DNA from: Zootoca vivipara
Lineage: Eukaryota
Assembly: GCF_963506605.1 (NCBI RefSeq)
Contig: NC_083290.1
Coordinates: forward strand, 15,748,001-15,812,000
DNA length: 64,000 nucleotides
Direction: 5' to 3'
Shown here piece after piece: positions 26,539-40,796 of this stretch. Position 1 is the stretch's first letter, and every line of letters begins with the position of its first letter. The position numbers and the translations under genes were made by a program. The notes beneath the pieces were generated by a model. That model saw only the letters and a list, made by a program, of their open reading frames with translations, was not told the origin of the DNA and made no database searches.

Positions 26539-29500
26539 TTATCGTTCCTCTAGTTCTTTCAGCAGTTCGTCAAAATGGGTGATGTACCACTTGGCTTTCT
26601 CCTTGACTTGTTTCCGCACGACGTTGCCTCCAAAGCCAATGAAACAGTCCTGGGGAAACATAAAAGAAGAAGAGATGGGCTGGCTATGCCTCCATTTCAG
26701 AAAATGCAGAGGACTATCGGGATTATTCTCCATTGGAGGATTAGATGGCCACCTGTCATGGATGCTTCAGTTGAGATTCCTGCATTGCAGGGCGTTGGAC
26801 TAGATGACCCTCAGGGTCCCTTCAAACTCTGCCATTCTAGGATTTCTTGTCACTGATGAAAGCGGATGTGAGATGGAGGGGAAAGGCACCCTCCATCTGC
26901 TGGCATTGCATGAAATGAAGTCAGACTCTGGGGGAAGCAGAACAGTCACAGGCAGCTGCTTAGGCTTCAGTGGGCAAGGACAGATGGGGAGTATGGGGAG
27001 AGTGCAGACTAGCCCAACCTTCCTCAACCTGGTGCTCCCCAGAGCTTTTGGACTACAACTCCCATCAGCCCCAGCTGGACTATTCAGAGAAAACCAACTA
27101 CTCAGCTAATTCAACGAAGCAGATTCCCTGCAAATCCTTGCAGAAATCTGGCTGGGTTTGGTAAGTGACCTTTTCCTGGCTCAGCATAATCTGCTTGCTA
27201 CCCAGTTGCCAGTGAATCAGAAGCTGCTGCCAACAGTATCACCCTCCTTTTTTTTTAATCAATCATGTGATGTGATGAATAGGCTTTTGCTGGAAAACGC
27301 CTTTGCAACACAGGACAACAGCCATGGTCGTGCTCCTTAATGCCAGTTCCTGATGTATTGGCTGCCTGCCTTGACCTATTAATTTGGATCTGATTCGCCT
27401 CCCTTGGTAGATTCCAAAACAATCATTAACAGGCAGCTGAAATCATTAACCCGGAGCAAGCATCTGTCTGGTTCTTATGGAAGACTTGCAGACTTTTGTT
27501 TTGTTTTTTATGCTCCTGATTTTTTACCTGCCCTCCCCTTGCTTCTTTTGGGATTGCCACATCCAGCAACCAGATGCTGGGGGAGTGGAGAGATGCCCTT
27601 TTTCTTTGGGAACATGTGGCAGATTGGTTTTGCTTAGGCTTAGGGTCTGACTGGTTGCTGTACAAGCTCTTTATCACAGGGACATCAGAACAGCTCTGTA
27701 GCTTGGATCAGGCCAAAGGCCCACCCAGTTCAGGATCCTGTTCCTTAGGGCAGGCTGGCTGCAACTGTAGAGTGGGTGCCTTGCAATGATGTGCTATGTG
27801 ACTCGTCTACATTGCTTGTGATTTGAATCACAAAATAGATTGGTTTGGGCAGAGAGGGCTGATGGGGTGCGTGATTCTGTCTCCCAGCAGGCGCTAGGTT
27901 GGGTGGTCTTCTTGTGGTTGCAGAAAGGTAACCTAGTGGATCTGCACAAATTAGGGGCATTCCGATGCCAGAAAGAATCAACCATATAGAAGTCAACTCT
28001 GAGCTAACTCCTATGACCCAGTGAGGTCCATTCACTGTTGGCTAAGCTGTTGAATTTGGAGTCCTGGCTTCAAATCCATATCCAACAGCATTGTTCACGG
28101 GGTTTCCTTTGAACATAGGATCATTAGCTGCCTTTTACTGAGTCAGACTACTAGAGAGCAGACTGGCGGAAGCTCTCCAAGGTTTCAGACTGGAGACATT
28201 CCTTGGGATTGAACCTGGGAGCACCTCCTGCATGCAAAGCAGGTGCTTGATGACTAAGCTGTGGTCTTTCTTTTGACAGCCTCTCTCCTCCTTTTTCTCA
28301 GCTTAACCGACCCCACAGGATAGCTGGGAGAACCCAAGTAAGCAGCCCTGGGCTGAGAGGAGGAAGGGGTAGAAGGCAAATGCCATCACCCCACAGTCAC
28401 TACTCACTGCAGGCGGGCAGGCTTCCATATCTGTTGCTCCGTCTCCAATCATCACCACCTTCTTAAACTGAAACTGCTCCTTCAGGTAACTAATGACTTG
28501 TCCTTTGCCACCCGACTCAGCAGTTGGCTGTGTCTCATCAAAACCGGCGTATTCTCCTAGAGGCACATCAGAGAGAAAGTCAATCATAGAGAATCACAAG
28601 GAAAGTCAATGTTTGAAGGCAAAGGAGGGCGGGGGGGGGGAACCTGGTACCCTTCAGATGATGCTGAAATCCAACTCCCAACAGCCATAGCCAACATGGT
28701 CAATGGTCAGGAATGATGGGTGTGGAACATCTGGAGGGCCACAGGTTCCCCTCCCTATTCTGGAAGGAGGGAGGGTGACAGTTCAGTGTATCAGAAGGAT
28801 TATTTGCAGAGTGATCCACGGTCCTGGTTAGGAGATGGATTCTATTGCAAAGCAGAATCTTCTCTCTCTCTGCCTGTTTGTGTATGTACACAGATCTTCC
28901 ATCCTGCAACAAGTTAGAGCAAGAATGGGGGGCATCTGTGGCCCTTCAGATGTTGTTAGGACCCTGAAACCCAGCATGGTCAATGACCAAGAAGAATGGG
29001 AATTGTAGTCCAACATCACCAGGAGGGTACTGCATTGACCATCCTCAGTCTAAGGGTTTGTTTTTAGTTTATATATTTTTCTTTATTAGATTTATATACT
29101 GCCCTTCATCATAAGATCTCAGGGCAATTCACAGAATTTCCAATATCTGGGAGATGTACCCTCTGATGTGGAAACCTTCCTTGCTGACACCAGTGTGTGG
29201 TATTTTGGCTCTATAGCTCCATAAGGGCAATTTGGGGAACTACTGTTTCCACACAGACGCCCTTTGGCTCCCACACTCTCAGCCCCATCAAGATTCACGG
29301 TAAAGGATATTCCACGTTCAAATAAAATCTTCCAGAGTGGACCTTCCACATGCTGTGAAGGAAGGGGCAAAGTCATGTCCAAAGAGCCTTATTTGGATAT
29401 TGTTGATAGAGTGAGGGCTTTCACCAAAGCCAGCAACCTAAAACCCATTCATATAGTAAGAGATCCACCCATCTTTTTCCTCTAGTGGGCAATCCTGAGG

Positions 29501-32500
29501 AATACTGCCAAAGCCTAGCTCCAGACGTGTCCCTTGAGCGACCCTATTTATCCTGGTAACCCTGAAAGTTGAGTTTGGCTGCAAAGCTGTGCTATAGTTA
29601 GCTGACAAAGTCTTTAACCTTGAAGAGCCGTTTTATCAAGCTGCACAACCCACTTGGTGGATAAGAGATCTGTCTCTCAATGTGCTGACTCTCTCAGAGC
29701 TGCACTCCTTGACCCTCCTCTGTGCCAGTGCATCTGAGAGTTAAAGCTTAACCATGGAAAGGAACAGTTCTTTCCAAAGCAGCTGGGCAAACGGGGGCTT
29801 ATCAGAAGCAGCAGTTCATTGGTGACACTTTGCTTCTTTTCAATCTGGGAACCTTTTTTGGGCTGAGAGACGCACAGTCCCTTCCAGGCAACATTCTGGG
29901 AGCCACAGGTCAGAGGCAAAAAAAGAGCAGGGTAGTGAATTTAAATTTATACAGTACTGTAAGCTAGTTTCTATACTCATTCCTGCACCCCTTTCTATCC
30001 TCCGTCCAGGCAAGCAGGAAGCATTATTTAATCTTATATATTTTTTTATAAAAGTATTTATATACTGCCCTCTCACAAAACATTAGGGCACAGGGTACAT
30101 CAACATAAAAGCATGTTGTATTGCTTTCAGATGTTTTGATGTTGCTGTGCATACAGAGTTCAAGGACACATTCCAGCGAGGTAGAAAACACTTGAGCGCA
30201 AAGCAGCAAGGGGGAGAGAGGGGATGGTCTGGGGAGAGTTCCAAGGGCCAGGTAGAGAGCCCTGCAGGGCCACATTCAGCCTGCCTGGTAAAGCTTACCA
30301 TTGAAGTAGAACTTCAACCTGTTGGCAAAGACGTTTGCTGTTGGGATGTTGAGCTGCAAAGCCACATGTTCCACGATGCTCTGAAACCCCCCGGAGATTA
30401 AGAAGACCTGGACACCTCGCTGGTGGAGCCGGTTGACCAGTTCCCTGTGAGGAACAGGAGTGGGTGGCCAAGGCCCCCATGTCAGGGCAGGATTAATTAA
30501 GATGCTTTTCTTTTGCCTTCTGCCCTGCATCCATCCCCTTCACTCACAGCTGCAGCACAGTGCAAGAAAGGCTCCTAGGCTCAGTAACAGGCTTAAAATA
30601 AATGAATGGCCCAGGAAAGTAAGTAGCCATGGACTTCCTCACAGGTCTTCCTCTGTGCTGAGCCATTTTAGATAGGATGTTGGTGTGTGAAGAAGAGTCT
30701 TGCTAATATGCAGGGAGCTGAATGACAACCCCCCCCCCAATTTTGTTCCTCCCAATTCTACATTGTCAGGCTTTTCTCTGGGACCCATAAGGACTAGGGT
30801 GCAATTGACTGGGGAGCAGCTGCTGCTAAAAGGTAACTGGAGCAAACAAAGGTGGCATTAAATGCCAGGAGTATGGATCCACATGCTCTCCCTTTCGTTA
30901 GTTTTCACAATTGCTTTTTACAGAGGGATCTCGCCACAAGGTGAGGAATCCTTGATGCAGTTCAGTGGCTCCTTTCTCAAGCTTGTCCCAGACAGTGTTG
31001 GGAAAGGGAGAGACTGATACAGGTTTCCTCCACTGAAAAGGATGCCTTCCAGCCTCTTTCTGCCTGGTTAAGAAGGTGGAATTCGTAATTGTACAGTAGG
31101 CCTTTGATGCTCCCTACCCACTTCAAGTGCTGCTACAGCTAATTCTTCAGGAATCATAACCCATGAGGAGGAGATAATGTGGAAGACGTCTCCATGGATG
31201 GACATGGAGTCCAACTGTTCAGAATGCCTCTTACCTTATTCCCGGTGTTAACTGGGGCGGATGCTCTGATATCAATTTCTGCACTTGTTCATAGGAGGGG
31301 CGGATGAGGGCTAGCCGGGCAGTCAAAGCAGCCTTGAACGTTACAGTGCCACCCATCGCTCTTCGAGTCCTAAATTGAGATTCAGAGAAATCTGAGAAAT
31401 ACAGACCAGGCTTTTTAAGGGCAAAAATAAAGCCATCCAGCTGTGTATATTTGCTTTACATACAGAAGCAGTTATGCTAAATCAGGGTAAAATGAAGTCT
31501 GCTTCAGTTCCTCATTTAAGAGGATGGCCGCTGGATCAAATCAAGGGTTGTCCACCTTCGTGGGCGTAGCCAGGATTTTTGTGGGGGGGGGGGAAGGGAG
31601 CAGAACCTCAGTTAGTTATGTATTTTTATGTATTTACAGGGGCAGCTGCTCCTCCCTGCCCCCCCTTAAAAATAATAATCTGTGTTTACTGCAGTCTCAG
31701 TCATGATCCTCTGCTGCTGCTATTTACATGTTTAAAACTACACATGTAGCCCATTAATGGCACAGTTATTTTGACCGTTAGATGGCCTTAAAAGAGGATT
31801 AAATTGATTGATGCTGTCGCTCCCTCCTCCTCTATCTGCTGCTATAATGCCCAAATCAACCTTAAACTCTTCAGATGATTTGGATAGCAACTCCTATCAG
31901 TCCCAGATGGATAAATCAAGGTGGTTTCCTAGGGACTGCTGTGCGGGGTGAAGATTTAGCCAGCTGGATCCCAAGTGTTCTGTGTGAATCAGGAAATGCT
32001 GCATTCCATTCTACCTGATGAGTTCTGTGAAACTCCAAAAGGTGGCTTCTCCCACACCAGATGTGGAAGCACATGATTTAGTTGTGTTTCCTACGGTTTG
32101 GGGTCACCATACAGAATGACCCCACTAAGCCTGCCATCCCTAACCTTTGTGCCCTCCATATGTTTTGGACGACACCTCCTATCAGTCCTAGCCAGTCTAG
32201 CTGCGTTAGCTATGACTGGTGGGAAATGTAGCTCAAAACATCTGGAGGGATGAGCTAAACCAACCTCAGGCCTGCCAGGAGTTTCAGACTGAACCACAAG
32301 GAGACAGGTTTTTCAGGTTGGAGAGAAGATTCCTGATTGGTTGGGAAGGAAGGATAGTTGCCTGCTAGTTCATTATGTCAGGGAAAGGAAGTTGGTAAGC
32401 GCTCTCTGCTCACATAACCTTGTGGCAAAGCTAAGGAGGTATGGTCTTGGTCCAGAATGTGGATGGGAGACCACTGTAGAGCCTCACAGCACATAGAAGT

Positions 32501-33083
32501 CAGAGTCTAAGTGCAAAAAAGGAAAGGTTTTTTAAGCAACTTCATGGCACCTTACACAAACATGCAAGGATTGGCTGCTTTCTCTGCCTAATGCAAGGTA
32601 ACAAGGTTTGCCAGTGGTGGCCCATGCCCAGCCTCAGAGCTCCCCCCCCCCCCGCAAGAGGCTTCTGTCCTGAAAGGATGCCGTAGAGGCCAGACCCAGA
32701 GTTGTCTCTGAGCCACTTCTCAGCAGCATCCCCCAAATGTTCATTCTTGCATTTAGGTCGCCCACCCCAAAGACTAGCCTTTACAAATTCTCATTAGCCT
32801 GCTTACAAAAAAGGCTTCCCTGACAGCCAGCTGGTATCAGCTATGGCATGATCTGAGTCCGGGGATGGAGCTCAACGCCTTTGCCCCTTGGGAAGAAAGG
32901 GGACAGATCTCTGCAGAAGCAAATGAGCAACAGCCTTACGTACATTTCGGCCACTGCGTCTCCGACGCCGCAGAATTTCGCCAGCTCGTCGATGCCTTCC
33001 TCTTTGATGACCGTGCTGTCCACATCAAAGCAGACGGCATCAGCGTTTTGGAAGACTTCCTTCAGCTCCATAAGAGAGGACAT
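26539..33083 (-). CDS. PSPH: Phosphoserine phosphatase, 226 aa; exons 33083-32944, 31369-31235, 30444-30299, 28556-28408, 26649-26539
   Basis: HAD motif [21 protein letters not shown] and [12 protein letters not shown] introns; 681 nt in frame. Confidence 0.97.
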
Positions 33084-36000
33084 CCTTTTAAGGGGCTTCC
33101 TGTTGTGGGAGAGGAAGATGAGGTCATTCTGTATATCGGCACACTGAACCCTGTGTTGAGCCATCTTGGAAGAGGGTCCTGTGGGGCTGGTGGCTTGGTG
33201 TAGAGAGGGAGCAGCGAGCCGTGTGGCTCCTTTTTGAGAGGGAGTGGGTGGCAGTGGAGGGGGGCGGAAGTGGCTGCTGATTTGCTGGCCATGGGGGCAG
33301 CACAGGAGTGGGCAATCAGTCAAGGTTGGCTCCCTGGCTGAGTTAACCCTTCCGGGAGCTGCTGCCTTCACTGACGTAAGGAGTCATATAAGAGATTTTT
33401 TTGGCATTTAATGAACCCCACGAAAGATAATGCTATTCCCTCCAGTGCTGGCTGCCTCCTCTCCTGTCTTCACTGCCATCCAAACCCCCTGCAATCACAG
33501 TGCAAATGCTTTCATCGAATAATCATAGCCGTGTAAAATGCAATAATAAAAACAGCTTAAAAATTAACTACAGTACAGCCACGAATAGAGTGGATCTTAA
33601 ATTTTTATCAGTTGTCTAAGGACAGGGTGAAGAGGTCTGTCTTCAGCATAGGATGAAAGCTGTATAGTGAAGGTGCCAGGCACACCTTGGTGCCACAAAT
33701 TATGCCCAAAGAAAGCACATTTTTGCAGAATAATTCCCCTTATAAAATACTTTTAAAATGTTATCTCCACTAATATATGCTTTTACTTTACTCCAGTAAA
33801 TGCATTTTTGTACACATTACTTGACTGGAAAACTGCATTGCAATATACGGGAAAGTGTGAATTTTAAAGCATGGCTGTGCATAGGTTCACATTTTGTTTC
33901 AGAAATTGTAAATTAGGTACGTTCACTTTTAAATGTGAACTCAATCAGATGTCTCCCCTTCTATATAAGCACCCCACGGATCAAGGCAGGACACCCCTCC
34001 ATACTAAATCCCCCAGGGATGGCTTTTGCCTGGGGAATATTCTTAGAGTAGGGGTAGCCAATATGATTCCCTCCAAATATTGTTGGACTCCCATTTCCCA
34101 ACACTCTCAGCAGCATGCATGACCAGTTGGTCAGGGGTGATGGCAGTTGTAGTCTAACAACTTATGGAGGGCGCCAACTACCCATGTACCTAGAACAGCC
34201 TTTCTCAAACTGAGGTCCCCAGATATTGTTGGAATACAACTCCCTGACCCTCGTAGCTAGGGATGGAGTCGTAGTCCAACAACATCTGGGGCCCTAAGCT
34301 TGAGAAAGACTGACTTAGAGGCTTCCAGTTCCCTTGTATTGCCCCTTGATGATACCCTGATGATACCACTACAACAGACTAGGAACTGGCTGTCACACCA
34401 CTTTTACTGCCACAGCTAAGCCCAAGAATATTTTGAAGCATCATTTGGTCTTCAGAATTCTATACAGGGGCAGGCAACATGGTGGTTGTTGGACCACAAC
34501 TCCCATCAGCCCCGGCAGACAGCACAGCTGACGGACAGGGGTGATGATGGGAGTTGTGATTCTGCAACATCTGGAGGGCACTACTCTGCCCTCCAGATGT
34601 ACACTGCAGTTCTCAGGGTTTCCTGGGTAGGGTGCAGCTATGTTGTGGTGTGGATGCAGACACTCTCAAACAGTCTTGCTATCCTGGTAGGCCTCATAGC
34701 CTGCTTTGCAGCCTTGACTTGCCTGTTGGTTCTGAGCCAGGCAGAGCTGCAGTGGGCAGGAGAGGGGAGCTTTGACTCTGGGGCAGGGCTGGGACACCTT
34801 GCGCAGTGGTGCATCATTGCACAATGGAGTGAGCGAGGCACGTGTTGACATCTTTGGAACAGGCCCAGCTGCCTGAGGTTTTTTCCAGGCCCTAGGAAAT
34901 GCTGAACATCCAACCAGAACTCGGAGCTCTGTGTTGGGCTGCCAGTTTTGAAAGAGCCACCCGGGAGGGCAGTGCCAAGACATCTGCGTCATAATGTCCT
35001 CAAATCATGATGGAACGCCCACCGTCCAAGGCTGGGTTGCAACAGGACCGTATGATGCAAGGCAAGGATGAGGTTGCCAGAAAGTGACGTTGGCCCCAAA
35101 CATACTGCAAGAGGATCTTCTTCAATAAGCCAATCCTTCTTGCAAAAGTTGAGAAGCTTATGGAGACCTAACAGGTCCTGCTGCTCAGTCAGAACGATGA
35201 GTCTGGATTTTTCATTTTTCCAAACATGGACATCGAGGGTTAACATCAACCTGGTGTCCTCCAGATACTGTTAGACTACAACTCCCATCAGCCCTAGCTG
35301 GTGCATACAAAACACTTTTGAGATTTTGCAAAGTGGAGGCTATGGCTTCAGGAAATCTACAAGCAAGACTCTTCTCATTTTAGAAATGCACACCTGGCTT
35401 CAAAGCTTACACAGATAGTGCTGTTTCATGAACTGTATTTCATATTGACCTCTAAACATGGCTGCATATGACCAATATGCAAATGAATCCAATTCTAGTT
35501 CCCCTGAAATTCTTTTGGACTGTCTTTTCCTTCACTTCCTGCTCATCCATCCCCAAACCTTCCTTTCTATCAACAGCAGTCAGCCCCTCCTACCCCTAAG
35601 CCCTGTTGGATTTTTTCCTCTCCTATCCAAATGGTCCTTTCCCTAAACTTCCTTCACAGCAACTGCACTGTCAACACCCTTCTGCTTAGGTCTTTCCCTT
35701 GAGAACTCTGGATGTGTAGGAGCATTCTGTGGTATCAAAAGCAACTCAGCTAACGGTATATGGGAAAAGTAGGAGCTTGTGCAGGCAATAGCAAGAGCCA
35801 ATGCAACCCACCAAACCATATGCTGCTCCTACAGCCATGTCCAATGGCCAACCAGGACCTTGATAATCCCTTCCCGATTTTTGCTGGCTGCCTGGGATTA
35901 CGATAAGAGGGAAACTGCCAACCGCTTCAATGGCCATGATCCATGGATTGCGGGTTGCATTTAGTTTTGTGTCTCCCTGAGTTGGGCAGGATCAGGATTT

Positions 36001-38467
36001 CATGGGGCACACAGAGATGTTACAAAGTCACAGGCTGTGATTTGTAGAAATAAGAAGCGTTATTATTAACACAGTAATAAAAAGATGTGGTTTGGGGTCA
36101 GCGTTTTGCTTCACTATTATTATTTATGCCTTCGTAGAAATGACCTTAGGGCAGACTTCACAAACCTGCCCCCCCCCGGTGTTTTGGACCACAACTCCCA
36201 TCAGTCTCGCTGGCATTCAGAGGCACACAGCAGAGGTAGGACATAGCCACTGTGGCTAGTAGCCACTGCTAGCCTTATCCTCCGCTCGTCCACACCTTCT
36301 CATCTCACCACTCCCCCCCCCCCCCCCCGGGAAAAGCCGATCCTTACCACTGAATCAGAACAAACATTGATCAGGTTTTCTGCAGATTGACGTTTGCTCT
36401 GATCCAGTGGTAAAGGGTGGGTTTTCCTGGGGCAATCGGAAAACCTCTTAGACCCTTGCTTTCTAGGCACGGAACAAGCAGAAGTGTGGACAAACCCTTT
36501 GTCTAACCCTCTTTAAATCCATTCAAGCTGGTGAGCGTCACTACCTCTTGCAATGTGGTTTCACTATATTTTCTTTATTTTTGTTTATTTCTGTACATTT
36601 ATATCCCACTTTTCTTCCATCATGAAACCCAAGGTGGTCAACATGCGGTTCCTAAGCCGTCTCCCACAAACAATGGCCAGACCCAAACCTATTTAGTTGC
36701 ATCAAGGTGATGGTCCCATTCCTGGTCTGCTAGTGGTGGAGATGAAAGAAGAAAACAGAATGGGGGAAAGTGAGAATGAATTGGATTGCTTTGTTTGTTT
36801 GTTTGTTCTGGCATATGGTGTTTAGGAAGAGTGAGCTTAGCATCCTGTTTCCACAAGGACCAGCCAGATTCCTCAAGAGAAGCCCAGAAATAGGACATGA
36901 ACACAATAATTTTAAATAAATAAACCACTTTGGGACCAGATCTTGGGTAAAAAGCAACAACCACAAGCTTCTGAAGTGAACCAGTGATTACAGCACACTT
37001 CAGCTTATGATTTGCATTTGACAGATTGCATAAGAAGAGTTCATTTCCCCCTTTTCTATCTTCAGAAAACAAGTCATACCATGCTAGTCATACAATCTGA
37101 TTCCAGCCAGGCTGCAAGCTTTCTGTGTGGCATCTGGTATCTGCCCCTGGAAAAAACCCAGCTTCCTGAGAACTTTAGATTTAAAAAGAAAACCTTCAAG
37201 TTTCTAGGCCTGATGGATGCATAAAATAGCCTGTATGCAAGTAGGTACTGGTATGCGTGAAGCTTGGAATCAGAAGGATCTGGAAAAGGCTTCCTGTAAT
37301 CAGAGTGGTTCTGTGCTCTACTTATGAATCCTAGTTTGCTGGGTGTCCATTATCTCCCCTGCCCCACACTTTCTAGACTCTCACTGAACTGCTGACCAGT
37401 CTGGGGCATTGTCCTTAGTGCTGAAAGGCTGAGAAGGGCAAACAGTTCAGTGAGAAGAGAGCATATACAAACAGATGTTGCAATCCTACACCAAGTTACA
37501 TCATATGCTTCCCGCTGGAACAAGAGGGCCCTTCTGTGTGCATACATAACTGAGTACAGGATTGCAGCCTTGGGAAATGGGAGGGCTCTTACATAATTTA
37601 TTATTCCAGAAGAATAGTCTTCCTTTTAAAAAGCCTCACCTCCACATTAGCTTGTGTTTTCTCTCTGGCACGGATGACCTCACTCAGATCGGCTTTTAAT
37701 GCACTCACTCTTGTGGGTAAAAGACCTGAACTGCTTTCCTCACCACCAATAAAATACAGAATTTCTTCACTCAGTGTGCAATTAACTAACTAGCTTAAGA
37801 TTGTGGTCCTAACCCTACTTACCTGTTGGGAGTAAGCCCCACTGGATTCATTGGGACTTACTTCTGAGTAGGATGGTTAGGACTGCACGGTGTGTGGCTT
37901 TTAAAAATTAAAGATGATAGGGAAATTCAATGGAAGATAAAAGATAACAGAACTTTTAGTGACAATAGCTTAATGTAGTATTTGCCAACTTGGTGGCATC
38001 CAGCTGTTTTGGACTACAGTATATTTCCATCAGCCCCAGCCTGAATGCTGGCTGGGGCCAAAGGGAGTTGTAGTTCAAAACAACTGGACGCCACCAAGTT
38101 GGCAAAAGTTGACTTAGAGAACCTCCATGGCCAGAGAGTGCATACCTCTGACAGCCAAATCACTGCAATTGTCATCGCTTCTTGTGGGTTTCCTGGAAAG
38201 ATTGTCTGGCTAGACATTATTCGACTAGATGGACTTTTTGTCTGATCCAGCTGTTCTTAAGTGTTAAGAAGCAGGAACCACCTGCCATCCTCAGGCGATT
38301 TATATGGAAGTTGAAATTTCTGTTTGTTTCTAACCAGTACCATTGATAGTTTGAATTTAGCTTCTCTCTGACCCATCCTTCCTCAGAGGGAAAGAGGAAC
38401 CTCAGAGCGAGGCATCCTGTACATCCTGCATGCATCAGGGCAGATGCTGATGCTTTGCCTGTCCAGG

Positions 38468-38476
38468 ATTGCATCA
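38468..38476 (-). promoter_or_regulatory. C/EBP-ATF response element (CARE/AARE) candidate
   Basis: ATTGCATCA (= TGATGCAAT) between the PSPH coding exons and the CpG island. Confidence 0.45.
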
Positions 38477-39800
38477 TTCATTCATCCCTTCATCACAGAG
38501 AGGCCCTGCACCTTTTTTATTCCTGCAAAAAAGACAGCCACCAGTAGAGGGGTCCAGAAGGCGAGTCCCTGTGCCAACTGTCAGTTCTAAGGAGCACACT
38601 CAGAACCACAAAGTTGGAGGGAGCAAGACAGAAAGAAAATCTGCGAAAGAGGAAAAAAGGAAAGCACCACCCTCACCCCCAAATTCAAACAGCCGGCAAC
38701 TTACAGGACTGTGGAGCCTGCTGCAATTTTAGATGTCAATACCGGGCACCTCCTGGCAGTGCAGGCGAGAGAAGGCTCAGTGAAGCCCTTCAGTCACATC
38801 GATGCAAATGCACCCAGCAATCTGGAAGCCGGCCACATTTTCTAAACCAGCTTTTGCTGAGTAAGCGACAATCCTCCTCTGTTTTTCCTTTCCCCCTTTT
38901 TAATCGCTGCACACATGAAAGCAAAGGGCTCTGCTGTTTACAGAGCGAGGCTTAGGAAAGAGAGGTGTAATTTTGCACTTTGGGAGGGAGGAGCCCCTCA
39001 AACCCAGCCCTGGAAGCTCCCTGATTGGCTCAGGAGGAGCCGGCAGAGAGAGAAAGGCGAGGAGGTGGAGATTAGAAAGAATAGGCTCCAGATCTCTTCT
39101 TGGAATAAGTCACCTTGAACTTGCAAAGTCTGCAAGCGAGATTGTCAGGTGATAGCCATATGAAATGGACAGAGCTAAGCTCAGTCACAACCATTCGTTT
39201 GAATGGTCTACTCTGAGTAGGGTGAATATTGGATACATTCCAATCCATCAGACTTAAGGCCTTTGCTGATGACGCAGGATGGGATATCGCAAATAGAGTT
39301 GCGGGGGAAGGCTGATGGGCAGAAAAGGCAACTGGCTGCAGGGTTCAAGGGTGGTTATGCTGAGCCCTGCAAGACGAAGTCATATTTATTTATCTAACAA
39401 GTTTTCTATACTACTTAATCAACAATGCCATTGAAGCAGTTTGCAGAAACCATTTGTCAAGCATTCAAAATAAGCTGATATTGAAGTGATATTAAAAATA
39501 TATAAAGCCAGCAACTTTTAAACAAACATACATACGTGCTTAGATGTGCTTGCCTAAACTTTTTTTTCCAGCAGGTACTGAAAACAATACAGTGAAGGCT
39601 CCTGCCTGATGTCAATAGACAGAAAGTTCGAAGTGCTGCCACACTGCAGGACTGATTCTTTGCAAGTGTGGAATGAATATGATATGGCCCTTGTCAAAGT
39701 GCCTGTTCCATAGAGGCAGGAGAGTGGGCACATACATGTGTGGTAAGGTCAAGTGAAGGACTTAGGGATGTTTTATCTGAGGAGGCTAGAAGGTCTAAAG

Positions 39801-39963
39801 CAGAGCTTTCCAAACTTCTCATGCTGGTGACACACACATCATTTCGTGACACTGCAATTCAGTTTTACTAGCAAACCAGAGGTTAAACTAAGCCCTTTCC
39901 AGCCCCTACTCACTGCAGCCTGCACACTAACGTGTTGCGTGACACACAGTTTGGGAAGCTCTG
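39801..39963. mobile_element. hAT-type MITE
   Basis: TIR cagagctttccaaact / agtttgggaagctctg; near-perfect 8-bp TSD gtctaaag/gtcttaag. Confidence 0.8.
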
Positions 39964-40706
39964 GTCTTAAGTAGCAGCAAAGCTAGCTCAGCAGCTGGGG
40001 ATCTGCCCCTCCACTTGGAAGTTTCCAAACTTTCTTTCTAACTCCAGTGAACTGAGATACAGGAGTGCAGATGCACTGGAGAAAATCCTGGGATATGTTC
40101 TGTGGAACACAGTCACATTACCTGACCAAGTGTCTTGGGCTACCCATAAACACCCTCAACCCCTCCCTTGCAACTCAGGACCAAGGAAGGAAAGCTTATC
40201 TGCTCCTGCTTTTTTCTTCTTCTTCTTCTTCTTCTTCCTACAGACAAATCCCCAAAAAGCTTCCAAGGTGCTTCAGAGCTGCTCAGAACACAGCTTGAAA
40301 ACATCTTGAAACTAAATTTCAGTTTGAGGCAGTGGCCCCTTAGATTGTCTTTCAAGGTGCTTTTAATTCAGCTCCCTGTTTTGAGGCAGGATATCAGCAC
40401 AGGACATTCACCATCAACTTGCTTCTTTCAGACCAAACAGCACTGCAAGAAAGGTTCACAAAAGCCAGAATTCTCATAAAGGCCACCCAGGCACTCTGGA
40501 AGCAGATGGCAACCAGGAAGGCACCAAGGTAATGGCCACCCCATGTACTAGGTCCCAGCATTGGGTATCCAGAGGTTTACTGCCTGTTTGGACATGGAAG
40601 CTCAATTCCTGTTATCATGGCTAATAAACAGGAACTATTGGAGCAGGAATTTATCTAATCTTTTCTTTTTCATGATCAAAACTTTTTTTCCTCTATAGGA
40701 CAAAGT

Positions 40707-40796
40707 CATAGCTGCCAAGTTATCCCTTTTTTAAAGGGATTTTCCCTTATGCTGAATAGGCTTCCTCGCGAGAAAAGGGAAAACTTGGCAGCTATG
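40707..40796. mobile_element. 90-bp MITE with 6-bp TSD
   Basis: TIR catagctgccaagtt; TSD caaagt; a second copy lies at 45837-45926. Confidence 0.85.

Noticed and set aside
32010-32045. CTGATGA...GAAAC hammerhead-like string
   Set aside because: Stems I and III do not close; at best a decayed remnant.
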